Origin: Anaerolineales bacterium
Lineage (GTDB): Bacteria > Chloroflexota > Anaerolineae > Anaerolineales > UBA11579
Direction: 5' to 3'
Length of the DNA stretch: 53,521 nt
NCBI GenBank assembly: GCA_016935415.1
Contig: JAFGRA010000307.1
Coordinates: 1-53,521, forward strand
Positions 20,801-29,742 of the stretch are shown here, one piece after another. The translations under genes were made by a program, and so were the position numbers. The notes under the pieces were generated by a model. That model searched no databases. It was given only the letters and a program-made list of their open reading frames with translations, and was not told the DNA's origin. Numbering within the stretch: position 1 is the stretch's first letter; every line of letters begins with the position of its first letter.

Positions 20801-23625
20801 TTCGCTTGCGGGCGTACGACCGTCTGGCGTGGCACTTGTACAGGCGTCCATTATTGTTTGCAGGATGGGTGGTCTCGGCCGGGGCAATTGGCCTAGCGTT
20901 GGTACGCAACTTGTGGATATTAGGTGGGCAGCGTATCCAACAAACCTGGGCAGTGGTCTGCCTACTGCTGGTGGTGGCGCTTTATGCGCTCTCAGCACGC
21001 TTGTTCCGGCGAGCGCGCTTCGTGTGGTTGGCAGCGTTGGTGCTGTTTGTGCCCTGGACGATCCTGACTCGGATGGGCTGGTTTTTCAAGTGGCGTTTCT
21101 CTATTCCCGAATTCGCGATCAGTTGGGTCATGCTGGCCTGGTTGCTTTACGTCATCGGCCTGTATTTAAAGCCCAGGATTCAACCGAAATATGTGTTGCC
21201 GCTGAATGTTGTGACACAAGTGTTGCTTGTATTCGCGTTGTTCTGGGGTATCGCTGATGTGGATACCGGCAAATATAGTTTCGGATTGGCAATAGGTCTG
21301 TATGTGTTGGCTGCCTGGCTGGATTATAGAATGTTGGCGGGAGCGAATGAAAGTATGTCGGTTATAAAAGCGAGCCGGTATCTGTATCTGGCGTTGCTTT
21401 TGGTGCCGGTGTGGTGCGTGTATTTGCTGGCCTGGAGTCTCCCACAGGCACAGCACGAACTTTATGGGGTGATGTTTTTGGCGTTTGGCATAATAGGGGT
21501 GCTGGTCGGACGTTGGTTCCGGCGACGGAGAGCAGTATCTGAGCAATGCGAACGATACGCCCTACCAGCCTACCTGACCGGCTATTTGGCTTTGATCGTG
21601 GGTACGATGTTGGTCGCCCACATCCCTACCTTGCTGGCGTTTGGGCTGGTCTACGCTGCTCTGGTGATGCTTTTGTCGGCGCGCCTATTTCGCAACCCCG
21701 GCTGGGTATATCCCGCCGCGATTTTTCTTGCGCTGGCGCTGCTACTGGCGATGCATGAAGCCGAAATCGACGTCAATCGACAAGGTTGGGGATTGATCGC
21801 GCTGGCAGCCGTTTATCTGATGTTGGCCTGGCTGCTGCGCCGGGTGAAGCTACCTGCTTACGGCACGGCTTTGCTGGCGACCGGATTTGCATTGATCGCC
21901 TTTGGCCTGCCGCCATCCAGCCAAGATCAGGACGGCGCCTTGTGGGGATACGGCGCAGCAGCATTTTTATATGTGGTGAGTGCCTTTTGGCTGAGACAGC
22001 CGCTGCTGTTGACCCCGGCATGTGCGCTAGTGATAGTTCCTTATGCAATTGGTATCCAGAAATTAGAAATCTCCTCGGACTGGGTTGGCTTGAGCCTATA
22101 TCCGGGAGCGGTTGCAGCGCTGGTGGTGGCCTGGATGCTGGATAAGCACCAAGGGATGCCCAAGCAATTCCCGTGGAACGCTCCGGAAAAATGGCCGGTT
22201 GCGGTAGGGAATCGTTTCTTCGGTTGGTGGGGTTTGCCGCTATATATACTGGGGTTTGGCCTGGCAACCTTTAGCCCAATCTTCACCGCCGGACGAGATG
22301 ACCTGGTAGCCCTGAATTGTTTGCTGCTCATGCTGGTGTTTGCCTGGGCCGTTTACCGTTTCCGGTTGCGCGGCTGGCTGTTCGCCAGTGTTGCGGCGGG
22401 GCACCTGGCATACGCCTTCTTGCTGCGCTCGTGGGGCTGGTGGCGCTACCCAGTACATGCCTGGATGCATTTCCTGCCGGTGAGCGTATTGACAGCGTTG
22501 GCAGCTATCTGGGTGATGCGTAGGTTAGGCGAGAAATCGCCGCTGACGAAAGAGTATTGGCACGTGGGCTGGTCACGTCCATTGTTCTTGATCGCAGCTT
22601 TCGATATTTTGATCTCACAACTCGGCAGCCTGGCTCTCGCCGATGCGGCTGCGCTGATCACCTTGGTCAATGCTTTACTGATTGCTTTCTGGTCTTCGGC
22701 CCTGTACGCGCCCAATTTGCTTTACGCCAGCAGCATTCTAGGCCTGGTTTCGCTTGGGCAGTGGCTGATGTTCAAGTTGGAATCTTTGGAGCGGATCCTG
22801 CCGGCGTATGCCTTATTGACACTGGCGTACGCTGTGATTGGTTATGGCCTGACGTTGTTGAAGCGGGGGCGTGAGCATTCTGTACCGGGCTGGTTGGCGG
22901 CCTGGGAGAAACCATTCCAGTTAAGCAGCCGGGTGCTGTCATTCTTGTTACTTTTCTGTACGGCCGTTTTTGGTTTCCCCTTGGCGTATTGGAGTTTGCG
23001 AGCTGTCTTTGGATTCGCATTCCGCCACCTGGTCATCTTGGAAAAGGTGCGGATGGTGATCGAGGTTTTCTCCTTCATTGGGTTAGCCTACTTAGCTAGA
23101 GCGTTTGCTTACCGCCGTACGCGCCTGTCCTACTCTGCCAGCGGCTTGCTGCTGGTGAGCTGGTTGCTGTATGCCTTTTATATACAACAATGGGATAACC
23201 TTGCCAGGGTGCAGTGGTACGTGATCCCAACCGGGTTGTACATCCTGGGAGTGGCTTTCCTGGAATGGCGACAGGGAAACAAGACGCTGGCGCGCTGGCT
23301 GGACTATACTGCTATGCTGCTTATGCTGGGGTCGTTATTCCGGCAGACATTGGCGTTTGGATGGAGCTATGCCTTAATGCTTGGCCTTGAAGGTTTCCTC
23401 ACAATCTGGTGGGGCAGCGCCCGGCGGCTGCGGCGTTTTCTGTACGCCGGGATGGTCGGCGTGATTCTGGCGACCGTGGGACAACTTATCAACTCTTTGC
23501 AATCCATCAACCAGTGGATCACCTTTGGCATTATTGGTATTCTATTAGTGGTAGCAGCGATCTTCATCGAACGCCGTCTGGAGCAACTGAAAGCCTGGCA
23601 AGAATTATTGGAATCCTGGGAATAG
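17842..23625 (+). CDS. Giant polytopic membrane protein (zinc ribbon, DUF2157-like start, repeated TM hairpins, SCO7613-like C-terminus)
   Basis: 1927-aa uninterrupted ORF; N-terminal CPKC...CPNC; dozens of hydrophobic segments; C-terminal W-x-x-FGIIGILL...IERR. Confidence 0.85.
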   Translation: MPCPKCNHLEYQANKPCPNCNFSGDTDQIVELTHIKWMLREIYSWEPNELQAAERSALVSRYTTRLRELEIQLGLRARPFAAEEAPQRWQELIRLEAFFNLLTTWQNAHALDAKSSQALRGDIWAQIKDLRKRLEDFERPKYPETQQEQLEVNIFLLEQIQLYQDEGKLHFLDSKVLSDLHQQKKELEIALGLQSTPEESGDSVEEIEVEAQPEQVYEVPEIADIIPPPPKLPLRERIMRSMLSERTLQAVLFLGIFLLFSAALSFVIWGWQNFSAAVRVAIPIAFTLVFFLIGWYVREKTPLSRSGVAIEAIAALLIPIDFYTVYANYGNPPDYWSEFWLLTSVLCLGAYILLTLNIQSEFFGYLVVTAAGSVVLSTIEIFDLSRDWYPAGLSVLAVVALVIATLLSRRPEPGEMDIFAAPFRYMALLIPGILMPLTLGWRMIDRSTYDSLHYAMTASWLLGSLIFGWGAIYHRSRSLGLLAPTALPISIYMLQGAIFDAIGTNLAWQAFGIALIVPYYFYSGWYLSQKDDAVFQGHGRVLNVWGTVLLIVMPFWALTDLRSGAAAASTHAVLAGAAILAAGLWQRPRYLYVASVLAASATSFFVSEIGFTTSEVSVGWASLAILHVVTAFWLGRTHFNAGKRFITPLVRAGYAISLLAILLALVQYDGQLLSYSLGNWILLTIWGARLAYLNAPGFATEKERYRTRFHWLAALAMPFWLWVIINNQQPADEVLPLALTGLAWGMALVSYRLKKFDRAFHLPWYLTGLVVNHIAVLVAIGTLGFSYTLSFVVLALGGLFLTDAFAVHVSRELFPGGLVGVVGLILLMHEFELTREEIAFGIGVLVTVYFLSGLLIERLKSQVFTGEFLVPLYASAHLLTLVILLILYSRPLDQFVFRGEWTDAMRLWGAGTQLVLGIMYGFFAWGKYKEVWGHVAAWLGAAGGGFIAIILSSGSGRSAVIAAVVAIVYVLAERGLHHGRRLLRLSVRLRAYDRLAWHLYRRPLLFAGWVVSAGAIGLALVRNLWILGGQRIQQTWAVVCLLLVVALYALSARLFRRARFVWLAALVLFVPWTILTRMGWFFKWRFSIPEFAISWVMLAWLLYVIGLYLKPRIQPKYVLPLNVVTQVLLVFALFWGIADVDTGKYSFGLAIGLYVLAAWLDYRMLAGANESMSVIKASRYLYLALLLVPVWCVYLLAWSLPQAQHELYGVMFLAFGIIGVLVGRWFRRRRAVSEQCERYALPAYLTGYLALIVGTMLVAHIPTLLAFGLVYAALVMLLSARLFRNPGWVYPAAIFLALALLLAMHEAEIDVNRQGWGLIALAAVYLMLAWLLRRVKLPAYGTALLATGFALIAFGLPPSSQDQDGALWGYGAAAFLYVVSAFWLRQPLLLTPACALVIVPYAIGIQKLEISSDWVGLSLYPGAVAALVVAWMLDKHQGMPKQFPWNAPEKWPVAVGNRFFGWWGLPLYILGFGLATFSPIFTAGRDDLVALNCLLLMLVFAWAVYRFRLRGWLFASVAAGHLAYAFLLRSWGWWRYPVHAWMHFLPVSVLTALAAIWVMRRLGEKSPLTKEYWHVGWSRPLFLIAAFDILISQLGSLALADAAALITLVNALLIAFWSSALYAPNLLYASSILGLVSLGQWLMFKLESLERILPAYALLTLAYAVIGYGLTLLKRGREHSVPGWLAAWEKPFQLSSRVLSFLLLFCTAVFGFPLAYWSLRAVFGFAFRHLVILEKVRMVIEVFSFIGLAYLARAFAYRRTRLSYSASGLLLVSWLLYAFYIQQWDNLARVQWYVIPTGLYILGVAFLEWRQGNKTLARWLDYTAMLLMLGSLFRQTLAFGWSYALMLGLEGFLTIWWGSARRLRRFLYAGMVGVILATVGQLINSLQSINQWITFGIIGILLVVAAIFIERRLEQLKAWQELLESWE

Positions 23626-23628
23626 ACC

Positions 23629-24939
23629 ATGAGTGTTGAAACTGTGAAAGAAAAATCCATAAAGAACATGCCAGGTCAAATGCCTTTATGGCAAAAGCGC
23701 ACGATCAAGGTAATTGGCATACTGATGGCCATTGTGGGTCTTCCGGTGGGGGTTGCTTCTTTGTGCGTCGGTTTACTTTCGATTATCGATGGATCTACTG
23801 GTCAAGGTCTTGCCGTGCTTCTATTTGGATTGCTCGCGTTCGGTGGTGGATTATTAACCGCCTACCATGCAAATGCGTCAATTGACAAAAGGCCTTCCAA
23901 ACCGCTGAAGCTCCCCAAAGAATGGGTATTGGTGGGTGCGTTCGTTCTATTAGTCTATCTGGGGGTATTGATCTCTCCGGTTGGAGACGATGGTGTTGTG
24001 TTCGCGCCAGTCTTGATCGTGCTGGCGTTGCTGCCACCTACCTGGGCGATGGCGTGGTTCCGGCGCAATCAGCCGGATACGTTGACCGCACGGCGTGGGA
24101 TTGTAGCTTTGATCGGTGGGGCAACGGTTAGTGTGTTATTTGCCCTGCTGTTGGAAGTCCTCTTCCCAACGATCATCCTTTCATTGGTTTACGAGCTTTA
24201 CGGTTCGGTTTTGGTAAGTGTGCGGACGTTACTAAGAGAGTTAGCCTGGCGGGAGATCGCCAGGGCGCTCACCAGTCCCGGCTTTATCTTCGCATTCGTT
24301 CACCTGGCGATCGTGGCACCGCTGGCAGAGGAGCTTGCCAAGCCACTGGTTACCTTGCCGGTGATTGGATATCTATCCAAACGGGAAGCATTCCTGGTTG
24401 GGGCGATGGCCGGGATTGGCTTTGCGGCAGTGGAGAATGTGCTCTACGCTGGGTTTGGTTTTTCCTTCTGGGCGGGTATCCTGGTAGTGCGCGCTTTGGG
24501 TGGCGCGATCCACCCGTTGGGTTCGGGGTTGGTAGCCGCGGGGTGGCAGGGAGTTCTCCGTCGTGAAAAGGATGCGCTGCGCAAGTGGTTGAGTTATTTT
24601 GGACTGGCAGTCGGAATCCACGCGCTATGGAACGGTGGTTCGCTTTTGGTGATCACGTTGGCAGGTGCGCAATTCTTTGGAGATTTACCGCCCGAGATCG
24701 ATGTGCTGGGACTGTCGGCGGGTGGCACGACTCTGGCATTTTTGATTGTCTTGGGGTTAGCGGCATTGTGGTTGGGTGAAGCGATATTCAAAACCGAGGG
24801 CTCAGATTCTGAGCGAGATGCCGACGTGATGGAAGAATTGTTCATGGTGTCGGACCGGGCGATGGCGATCTGGGCGTTTGCTTGCCTGGTTGCCTTTGTA
24901 CCAGCCGGGATCGCTGGGTTACAACTAATTTTGCGGTGA
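23629..24939 (+). CDS. PrsW-family intramembrane metalloprotease
   Basis: All four family motifs: EELAK, FAAVEN, AIH, HALWN. Confidence 0.88.
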   Translation: MSVETVKEKSIKNMPGQMPLWQKRTIKVIGILMAIVGLPVGVASLCVGLLSIIDGSTGQGLAVLLFGLLAFGGGLLTAYHANASIDKRPSKPLKLPKEWVLVGAFVLLVYLGVLISPVGDDGVVFAPVLIVLALLPPTWAMAWFRRNQPDTLTARRGIVALIGGATVSVLFALLLEVLFPTIILSLVYELYGSVLVSVRTLLRELAWREIARALTSPGFIFAFVHLAIVAPLAEELAKPLVTLPVIGYLSKREAFLVGAMAGIGFAAVENVLYAGFGFSFWAGILVVRALGGAIHPLGSGLVAAGWQGVLRREKDALRKWLSYFGLAVGIHALWNGGSLLVITLAGAQFFGDLPPEIDVLGLSAGGTTLAFLIVLGLAALWLGEAIFKTEGSDSERDADVMEELFMVSDRAMAIWAFACLVAFVPAGIAGLQLILR

Positions 24940-24954
24940 TGGTGAAAAGCGGTT

Positions 24955-25512
24955 ATGAAGGCACCTAAGTTTTTACGTAAGCTGAATATCAACACGCTGT
25001 TCGTGGTGATCCTAATCGTCGCTAACCTTTTTACCTGGCTGCGGTTGCTGCTGGCCATGCCGGAACCATACCTAGTCGACCCGGTGCGCGATCCCGAAGT
25101 GGTCGCTTTGCTCGAGTATATCCGTTCTGGAGAGCATTCAGGCGAGGAGTGGGTGGTGCACTTGACTGAGGAAGAGGCCGAGCAGACGATTGCCTGGTAC
25201 TTGAATCGCTACCCGCAAATCCCGTTTGCGCATCCACACGTGGAAATCACGTCCGATTATGTATTTGGCGAAGGCGACGCGACAATCACCGGATTGCGTG
25301 TGCATGTAAGTGGCAAGGCCAGTGTAACCTTGGAAAACGGCTTACCCAAGGTCGAAATTTTAGAATTAAGCCTGCCGCTGCCGCGACCAATCCGACAGGC
25401 ATTAGAACAGGAAATTGACAGGCAACTCCAACGCGCCGATTTGCTGCCGGTGCGTTTTACGTCAGCGGAATGGCATGATGGCGAAGTGATCGTTGAGGGG
25501 ATTATTCGATAA
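24955..25512 (+). CDS. Hypothetical membrane-anchored protein (DUF2140/LmeA-like lipid-binding fold possible)
   Basis: Single N-terminal TM, then a helix/beta-strand domain (LTEEE...VSGKASVTLENG.P.V...LPLP). Confidence 0.7.
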   Translation: MKAPKFLRKLNINTLFVVILIVANLFTWLRLLLAMPEPYLVDPVRDPEVVALLEYIRSGEHSGEEWVVHLTEEEAEQTIAWYLNRYPQIPFAHPHVEITSDYVFGEGDATITGLRVHVSGKASVTLENGLPKVEILELSLPLPRPIRQALEQEIDRQLQRADLLPVRFTSAEWHDGEVIVEGIIR

Positions 25513-25663
25513 TTGCAGCAGTTATCTTGATGAACTGGCAGAAGTGAGATAAATTAATAGGGACGATATAGGCCAGCAGGTTGCTGGTGGTTTTTAGTTT
25601 TGGCTGGCAATTGCTTGCTGGTGTTCAATTTATTCAACATTGGTAGTACAAAAGGAGAAGATC

Positions 25664-26661
25664 ATGCAGTATCGTAGACTGGGGAAATCTGGTTTAAAGG
25701 TGAGTGTTCTGTCGTATGGCGCCTGGGTAACGTTTGGTAATCAGGTAGATGTTGACCTGGCGGCTGATATGCTGAAAACAGCATACGACGCCGGGGTAAA
25801 TTTTTTCGATAATGCCGAAGTGTACGCACATGGAATGGCTGAAACTGTGATGGGCAAAGCTTTGAAGAAGCTTGGTTGGCGGAGGGATAGCTATACCGTG
25901 TCCAGCAAGGTGCGCTGGGGCTGTTTGGAGAATCCCAAGCCAACTCAATTGGGATTGAGCCGCAAGCATATCTATGAAGCCTGCGATCAGGCCATCGAGC
26001 GCCTGGGTACAGATTACCTCGACCTGTATTTTTGCCACCGGCCGGACCCCGAAGTGCCGATGGAAGAGGTCGTGCGGGCGATGACGGAATTGATCCAACA
26101 GGGCAAGGTGTTCTATTGGGGCACCTCGGAATGGTCTGCCCAGCAGTTGATGGAAGCGCACAGTGTCGCACGCCAGTATAACCTGATCCCGCCGACTATG
26201 GAGCAGCCACAGTACAATATGCTCCACCGTTATCGCTTCGAAATCGAATACGGCCGCCTGTACGATGAGATTGGCCTGGGGACAACGATCTGGTCGCCGC
26301 TGGCTTCAGGTTTGTTGACCGGAAAATACAACGACAGTGTGCCCGATGACGCGCGCATTAACCTGCCCGGCTACGAGTGGTTGAAGCAGATGTTCGAAAG
26401 CGAGGAAGGGCAGGCGCGTTTGCAGACCGTACGTGACCTGACCGAATTGGCAGGCGATTTGGGCACGACAATGCCGCGCCTGGCGATTGCCTGGTGCCTC
26501 AAGAATCCGAACGTAAGTACGGTGATTATGGGCGCTTCGAAAAAGAGTCAGCTCGAAGACAATCTGAAATCTCTGGAAGTGCTCGATAAGCTGACGCCGG
26601 ATGTGATGGAGCAAATCGAAGGTGTGCTGGGTAATAAACCCGAGCCAATGGATTTCCAATA
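25664..26661 (+). CDS. Aldo/keto reductase, Kv-beta-like
   Basis: [40 protein letters not shown]; ATG 25664 with RBS AGGAG. Confidence 0.93.
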
Positions 26662-26688
26662 AGTTTGATTTTGGATTGAAGTAGAGAT

Positions 26689-26729
26689 TTCCCCTGGACT
26701 GCAAGTGAAAGTCCAGGGGAATTTTATTT
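26689..26729 (+). terminator. Intrinsic terminator
   Basis: TTCCCCTGGACT...AGTCCAGGGGAA followed by TTTTATTT. Confidence 0.8.
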
Positions 26730-26867
26730 AAGCGACAAGTGGATTTTTGTTGTATGTCAGGCCCACTTGCGAGAGAAAAACAGGGTACACTTAGTACCAT
26801 TTTGCACAAATTATCAAAACGGCTCTTTTGAAGCGTAGTTCCTTTCGAGGAAATATTAGGAGAGAAA

Positions 26868-27860
26868 ATGAGAAGCAGAACCAAACTGGAGCTTGATAAT
26901 GATACGATCGTTACACTGTTTGAAAAGGCTGGGATTGACGGCGCCGAAAACATCGCTCCGCTTGGGGCGGGGGAATTCAATAGCGTGTATGCGGTGGATG
27001 CAGCCGGAAAAGCCTATGCTATAAAAATCGCCCCACTAGGTTCGGCGGGGACATTGACTTATGAGCAGCAAATGATGGCGCAAGAGGTTTATTATTATTC
27101 GATAATGTCGGATCGGGCAAAGATCCGCGTACCAGAGATCTATTTTACGGATTTTTCCAGGACGGAAATACCTGTGGAATATTTCATTATGGAAAGACTT
27201 CAGGGGAAACAGATCGATCAGGCTGAGTTATCCGATGCGCAAATGAAAGCAGCCGATGAAAAGTTGGCCGCGATGGTCGCAAAGATGCATGCCGTAAAAG
27301 GGGATAAGTTTGGCTATCGCCAAAATCAATTGTTTGAGAACTGGTACCTGGCACTTCAGGCTATGGTCAGCAATCTGATTGCGGATTGCAAGAAACTGGG
27401 AAAGAAAACCAGGCGGGGTGAGAAACTGCTGGACTATATCCACAAAAATAAGCTGGTGCTTGAAAAGGTGGAATGTTCACTGATCAATTTTGATATCTGG
27501 CCGCCGAATATCTTCTGCGATTGGGAAAATGGAGAATTGAATTTGGCGTGGATCGATCCAGAAAGATGCCTTTGGGGGGACCGAATTGCCGATTTTGTAT
27601 GCTTGGATTTTATGAATATGTCCCTGGAGAGCAAGACGGCAATGTTGCAGGCGTATAACCGGGCCACGGATGAACCAATCAAGGTGGGGGGCGAAGAGAA
27701 AATCCGTTTTGCGATTATGTTGGGTTATCTGGGACTAATCATGGAAGTGGAAAAGTATGCCCGTTACTCGTTTTTTCATTATGGATATTGGCGGAATGTG
27801 CTGGTTACGAGAAAAATATTCCCCAATTGTTTTGCGCAACTTGAAGAATTGATTAAGTGA
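26868..27860 (+). CDS. Aminoglycoside phosphotransferase/choline kinase-like protein
   Basis: GAGEFNSVY, IKIAP, FIMERL, NFDIWPPN, IDPE. Confidence 0.82.
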   Translation: MRSRTKLELDNDTIVTLFEKAGIDGAENIAPLGAGEFNSVYAVDAAGKAYAIKIAPLGSAGTLTYEQQMMAQEVYYYSIMSDRAKIRVPEIYFTDFSRTEIPVEYFIMERLQGKQIDQAELSDAQMKAADEKLAAMVAKMHAVKGDKFGYRQNQLFENWYLALQAMVSNLIADCKKLGKKTRRGEKLLDYIHKNKLVLEKVECSLINFDIWPPNIFCDWENGELNLAWIDPERCLWGDRIADFVCLDFMNMSLESKTAMLQAYNRATDEPIKVGGEEKIRFAIMLGYLGLIMEVEKYARYSFFHYGYWRNVLVTRKIFPNCFAQLEELIK

Positions 27861-27914
27861 TGATTTGTGGTTCGTGCTTTAATGTTTAATCGAGATATTG
27901 AGTTCCATAACAAG

Positions 27915-27953
27915 AAAAAGAGCTGAGGTATAGCTTGCACTTCAGCTCTTTTT
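27915..27953. terminator. Bidirectional terminator
   Basis: AAAAAGAGCTGAG...TTCAGCTCTTTTT between convergent genes. Confidence 0.8.
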
Positions 27954-27967
27954 ATGTCCAGCGAATT

Positions 27968-29020
27968 TTATACTTGCTGTATATCCAGGACGACTTTGAT
28001 GGTTTCCGGATCTTCCTGGCTGACCTGATCGAAAGCGGCGGTGATCTCTGCCAGGGGCACCTGGTCGGTGACTAGTAGTTCAGGGTGCAGCAGGCCGTTT
28101 GCTAACATGCGGATGGCGCGCGGAAATTCGCCACGCGTCACGCGTGAGGCGATGATCTGGGCTTCTTTGAGCACCAAGGTTTTGAAATGCAGTGCGGAAA
28201 GTTGCTCGCCCAGCCCAGCGGTTACGATGCGGCCGCCGCTGCGGATCATTTTGACGGCCTGTGCCAGGGGGGCTTCCTGTCCGGGTGGTAGGTGGTAGTG
28301 GCCGACCGCCTCGATCACGCAATCTGCACCGATGCCATCGGTCAATGCTAATACTTGTTCAACGGGATCGATTTCGCGAATGTTGAATGCATAGTTGGCA
28401 CCCAGCTTTTTTGCGGTTTCCAGCCGGAAGGGCTGCAGATCGGTGATGATGGTCAGGCCGGGGGTGACGCTGTGGCAAAGTACATCCAGGATCGACAGCC
28501 CCAATTTGCCTGCACCGAGGATGACGACGGTCTCACCCGGCTGCACCTGCCCACGTTGCAGAATATGGTGGCCCAACCCGAACATCTCAACCATAGGGGC
28601 GTATTGCATGGGGATGCTTTCTGGTAGTTGGAAGAGGTGACTGGCCGGGGCGGCTACGTATTGCCCTAACCCGCCATCCATGTCGATGCCGAGCAACTTA
28701 AGCGTGCTGCAAGCGTTGATGTGACTGGTGAGGCAGGCTGGGCAACTGTGGCAGGAAATGATCGGGTCAACGACCACGCGGTCGCCAGCCTTGAAGCCCT
28801 GCACATCTGCACCAACATCCACGATTGTGCCGCCGAACTCGTGCCCCAGAATGGCCGGGTAGCGGACCCGGTTATGGAATTCACCCAGGAAGACGTGCAG
28901 GTCGGTGCCGCAAATGCCGGTGAATGCCGGTTGGATCAGGACTTCATCGGGTTCGATTTTTGGCTCGGACGCTTCGCCGACGCGGATGTCTTTATCGTTG
29001 TAGAGTATGCCAGCTTTCAT
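27968..29020 (-). CDS. Zinc-dependent (MDR) sugar-acid dehydrogenase
   Basis: ICGTD, GHE, CHSCPAC...C, GAGKLG. Confidence 0.9.
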   Translation of the reverse strand: MKAGILYNDKDIRVGEASEPKIEPDEVLIQPAFTGICGTDLHVFLGEFHNRVRYPAILGHEFGGTIVDVGADVQGFKAGDRVVVDPIISCHSCPACLTSHINACSTLKLLGIDMDGGLGQYVAAPASHLFQLPESIPMQYAPMVEMFGLGHHILQRGQVQPGETVVILGAGKLGLSILDVLCHSVTPGLTIITDLQPFRLETAKKLGANYAFNIREIDPVEQVLALTDGIGADCVIEAVGHYHLPPGQEAPLAQAVKMIRSGGRIVTAGLGEQLSALHFKTLVLKEAQIIASRVTRGEFPRAIRMLANGLLHPELLVTDQVPLAEITAAFDQVSQEDPETIKVVLDIQQV

Positions 29021-29043
29021 CGTTTCACCTCAACAATCGGGCT

Positions 29044-29721
29044 TTAGTTTGAATTGCGAATGGCGTTGATGCGCTGCAAAACTAGGGCAACTTTTTCGGT
29101 CAGGGCGGCGTAATCTCCGGCTGCTACCAGGGATTTCTCGATTAATTTTGAACCCATGCCGACACAAGTTGCCCCGGCTTCGAACCAGGCGCGCAGGTTT
29201 TCTTCGCTGGCATCGACGCCACCGGTCGGCATGATGCGTGTCCAAGGGCACGGCCCCATCACAGCTTTGACGAAGCCTGGTCCGCCGACGGAAGTGCCGG
29301 GGAAAATCTTGACGATTTCCACGCCGAGTTCTTCAGCCTGCGAGATTTCGGAGAGTGTACCGCAGCCTGGCATATAAGCGACCTTGTGGCGGTTGCAAAC
29401 GCGGGCAACTTCAGGGTTGAGCACTGGCCCGACCACGAAGTTGGCCCCAGCCGCCATGTACATTGCGGCAGTTGGAGCATCGACCACGGAGCCGATACCG
29501 AGGATCAATTGTGAGTTTTGTTCGGCGAGGTGCTTGGAAAGTTGAGTGAAAACATCGATAGCGAAATCACCACGATTGGTGAACTCGAGCACACGCGCGC
29601 CACCGGCTTCGCAGGCGGCAGCAACCTGCTTGCTGACTTCAAAATCAGCGTTGTAGAAAAGCGGTACCAGCCCGCTTTCGATAACGGCGTTCAATACTTG
29701 CATTCTGCTAAATCGTGCCAT
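29044..29721 (-). CDS. eda: KDPG/KHG aldolase
   Basis: LEFTNRG, GIGSV, MPGCGT, KIFP, MPTGGV. Confidence 0.9.
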   Translation of the reverse strand: MARFSRMQVLNAVIESGLVPLFYNADFEVSKQVAAACEAGGARVLEFTNRGDFAIDVFTQLSKHLAEQNSQLILGIGSVVDAPTAAMYMAAGANFVVGPVLNPEVARVCNRHKVAYMPGCGTLSEISQAEELGVEIVKIFPGTSVGGPGFVKAVMGPCPWTRIMPTGGVDASEENLRAWFEAGATCVGMGSKLIEKSLVAAGDYAALTEKVALVLQRINAIRNSN

Positions 29722-29742
29722 GATGGTTATCCTTCTGGTTAA

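Noticed and set aside
26868-27860. Aminoglycoside resistance gene
   Set aside because: Only the general kinase fold is supported; no resistance or mobile-element context
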